Source of the DNA: Octopus bimaculoides
Taxonomy: Eukaryota
Direction of reading: 5' to 3'
Length of the DNA stretch: 64,000 bases
Assembly (NCBI RefSeq): GCF_001194135.2
Contig: NC_069009.1
Span: 953,450 to 1,017,449, forward strand
Shown: positions 63,989 to 64,000 of the stretch, in pieces
Position numbering within the stretch: position 1 is the stretch's first letter
Layout of the letters: every line of letters begins with the position of its first letter
Notes under the pieces: model-generated
What the model saw: only the letters and a program-made list of their open reading frames with translations
Databases searched by the model: none
Told to the model about the DNA's origin: nothing
Made by a program: the position numbers and the translations under genes

Positions 63989-64000
63989 TTTTCCTGCAAG

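Overview
AT-rich, gapped (many N runs) animal genomic scaffold with no prokaryotic features. The single-coding-exon C2H2 arrays and the SINE landscape suggest a coleoid cephalopod, probably Octopus (inference). Contents: (1) six intact tandem C2H2 zinc-finger genes (11-17 fingers each) plus the 3' tip of a seventh at the left edge. They were built by tandem and inverted duplication of a unit that carries a conserved 5' exon with an 11-codon uORF and, in three copies, a divergently oriented 5S rRNA-derived sequence. (2) A divergent canonical histone H3/H4 pair with 3' stem-loops, and an orphan histone-type stem-loop about 1 kb away. (3) The main find, which the ORF track hides because it is spliced: a small family of 4-exon genes (signal peptide, short linker exon, one phase-1/1 Ig-like exon lacking the canonical B-F disulfide, GPI-type hydrophobic tail). 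There are two complete copies (38124-41969 +, 52155-56260 -), one copy with only the leader exons visible, and one antisense pseudo-exon nested in an intron. (4) Many SINEs, several MITE families, and relics of mariner, Gypsy, R4/Dong-like and Penelope-like elements, plus a 5.8S rRNA fragment. All calls come from reading the sequence by eye; no searches were run.
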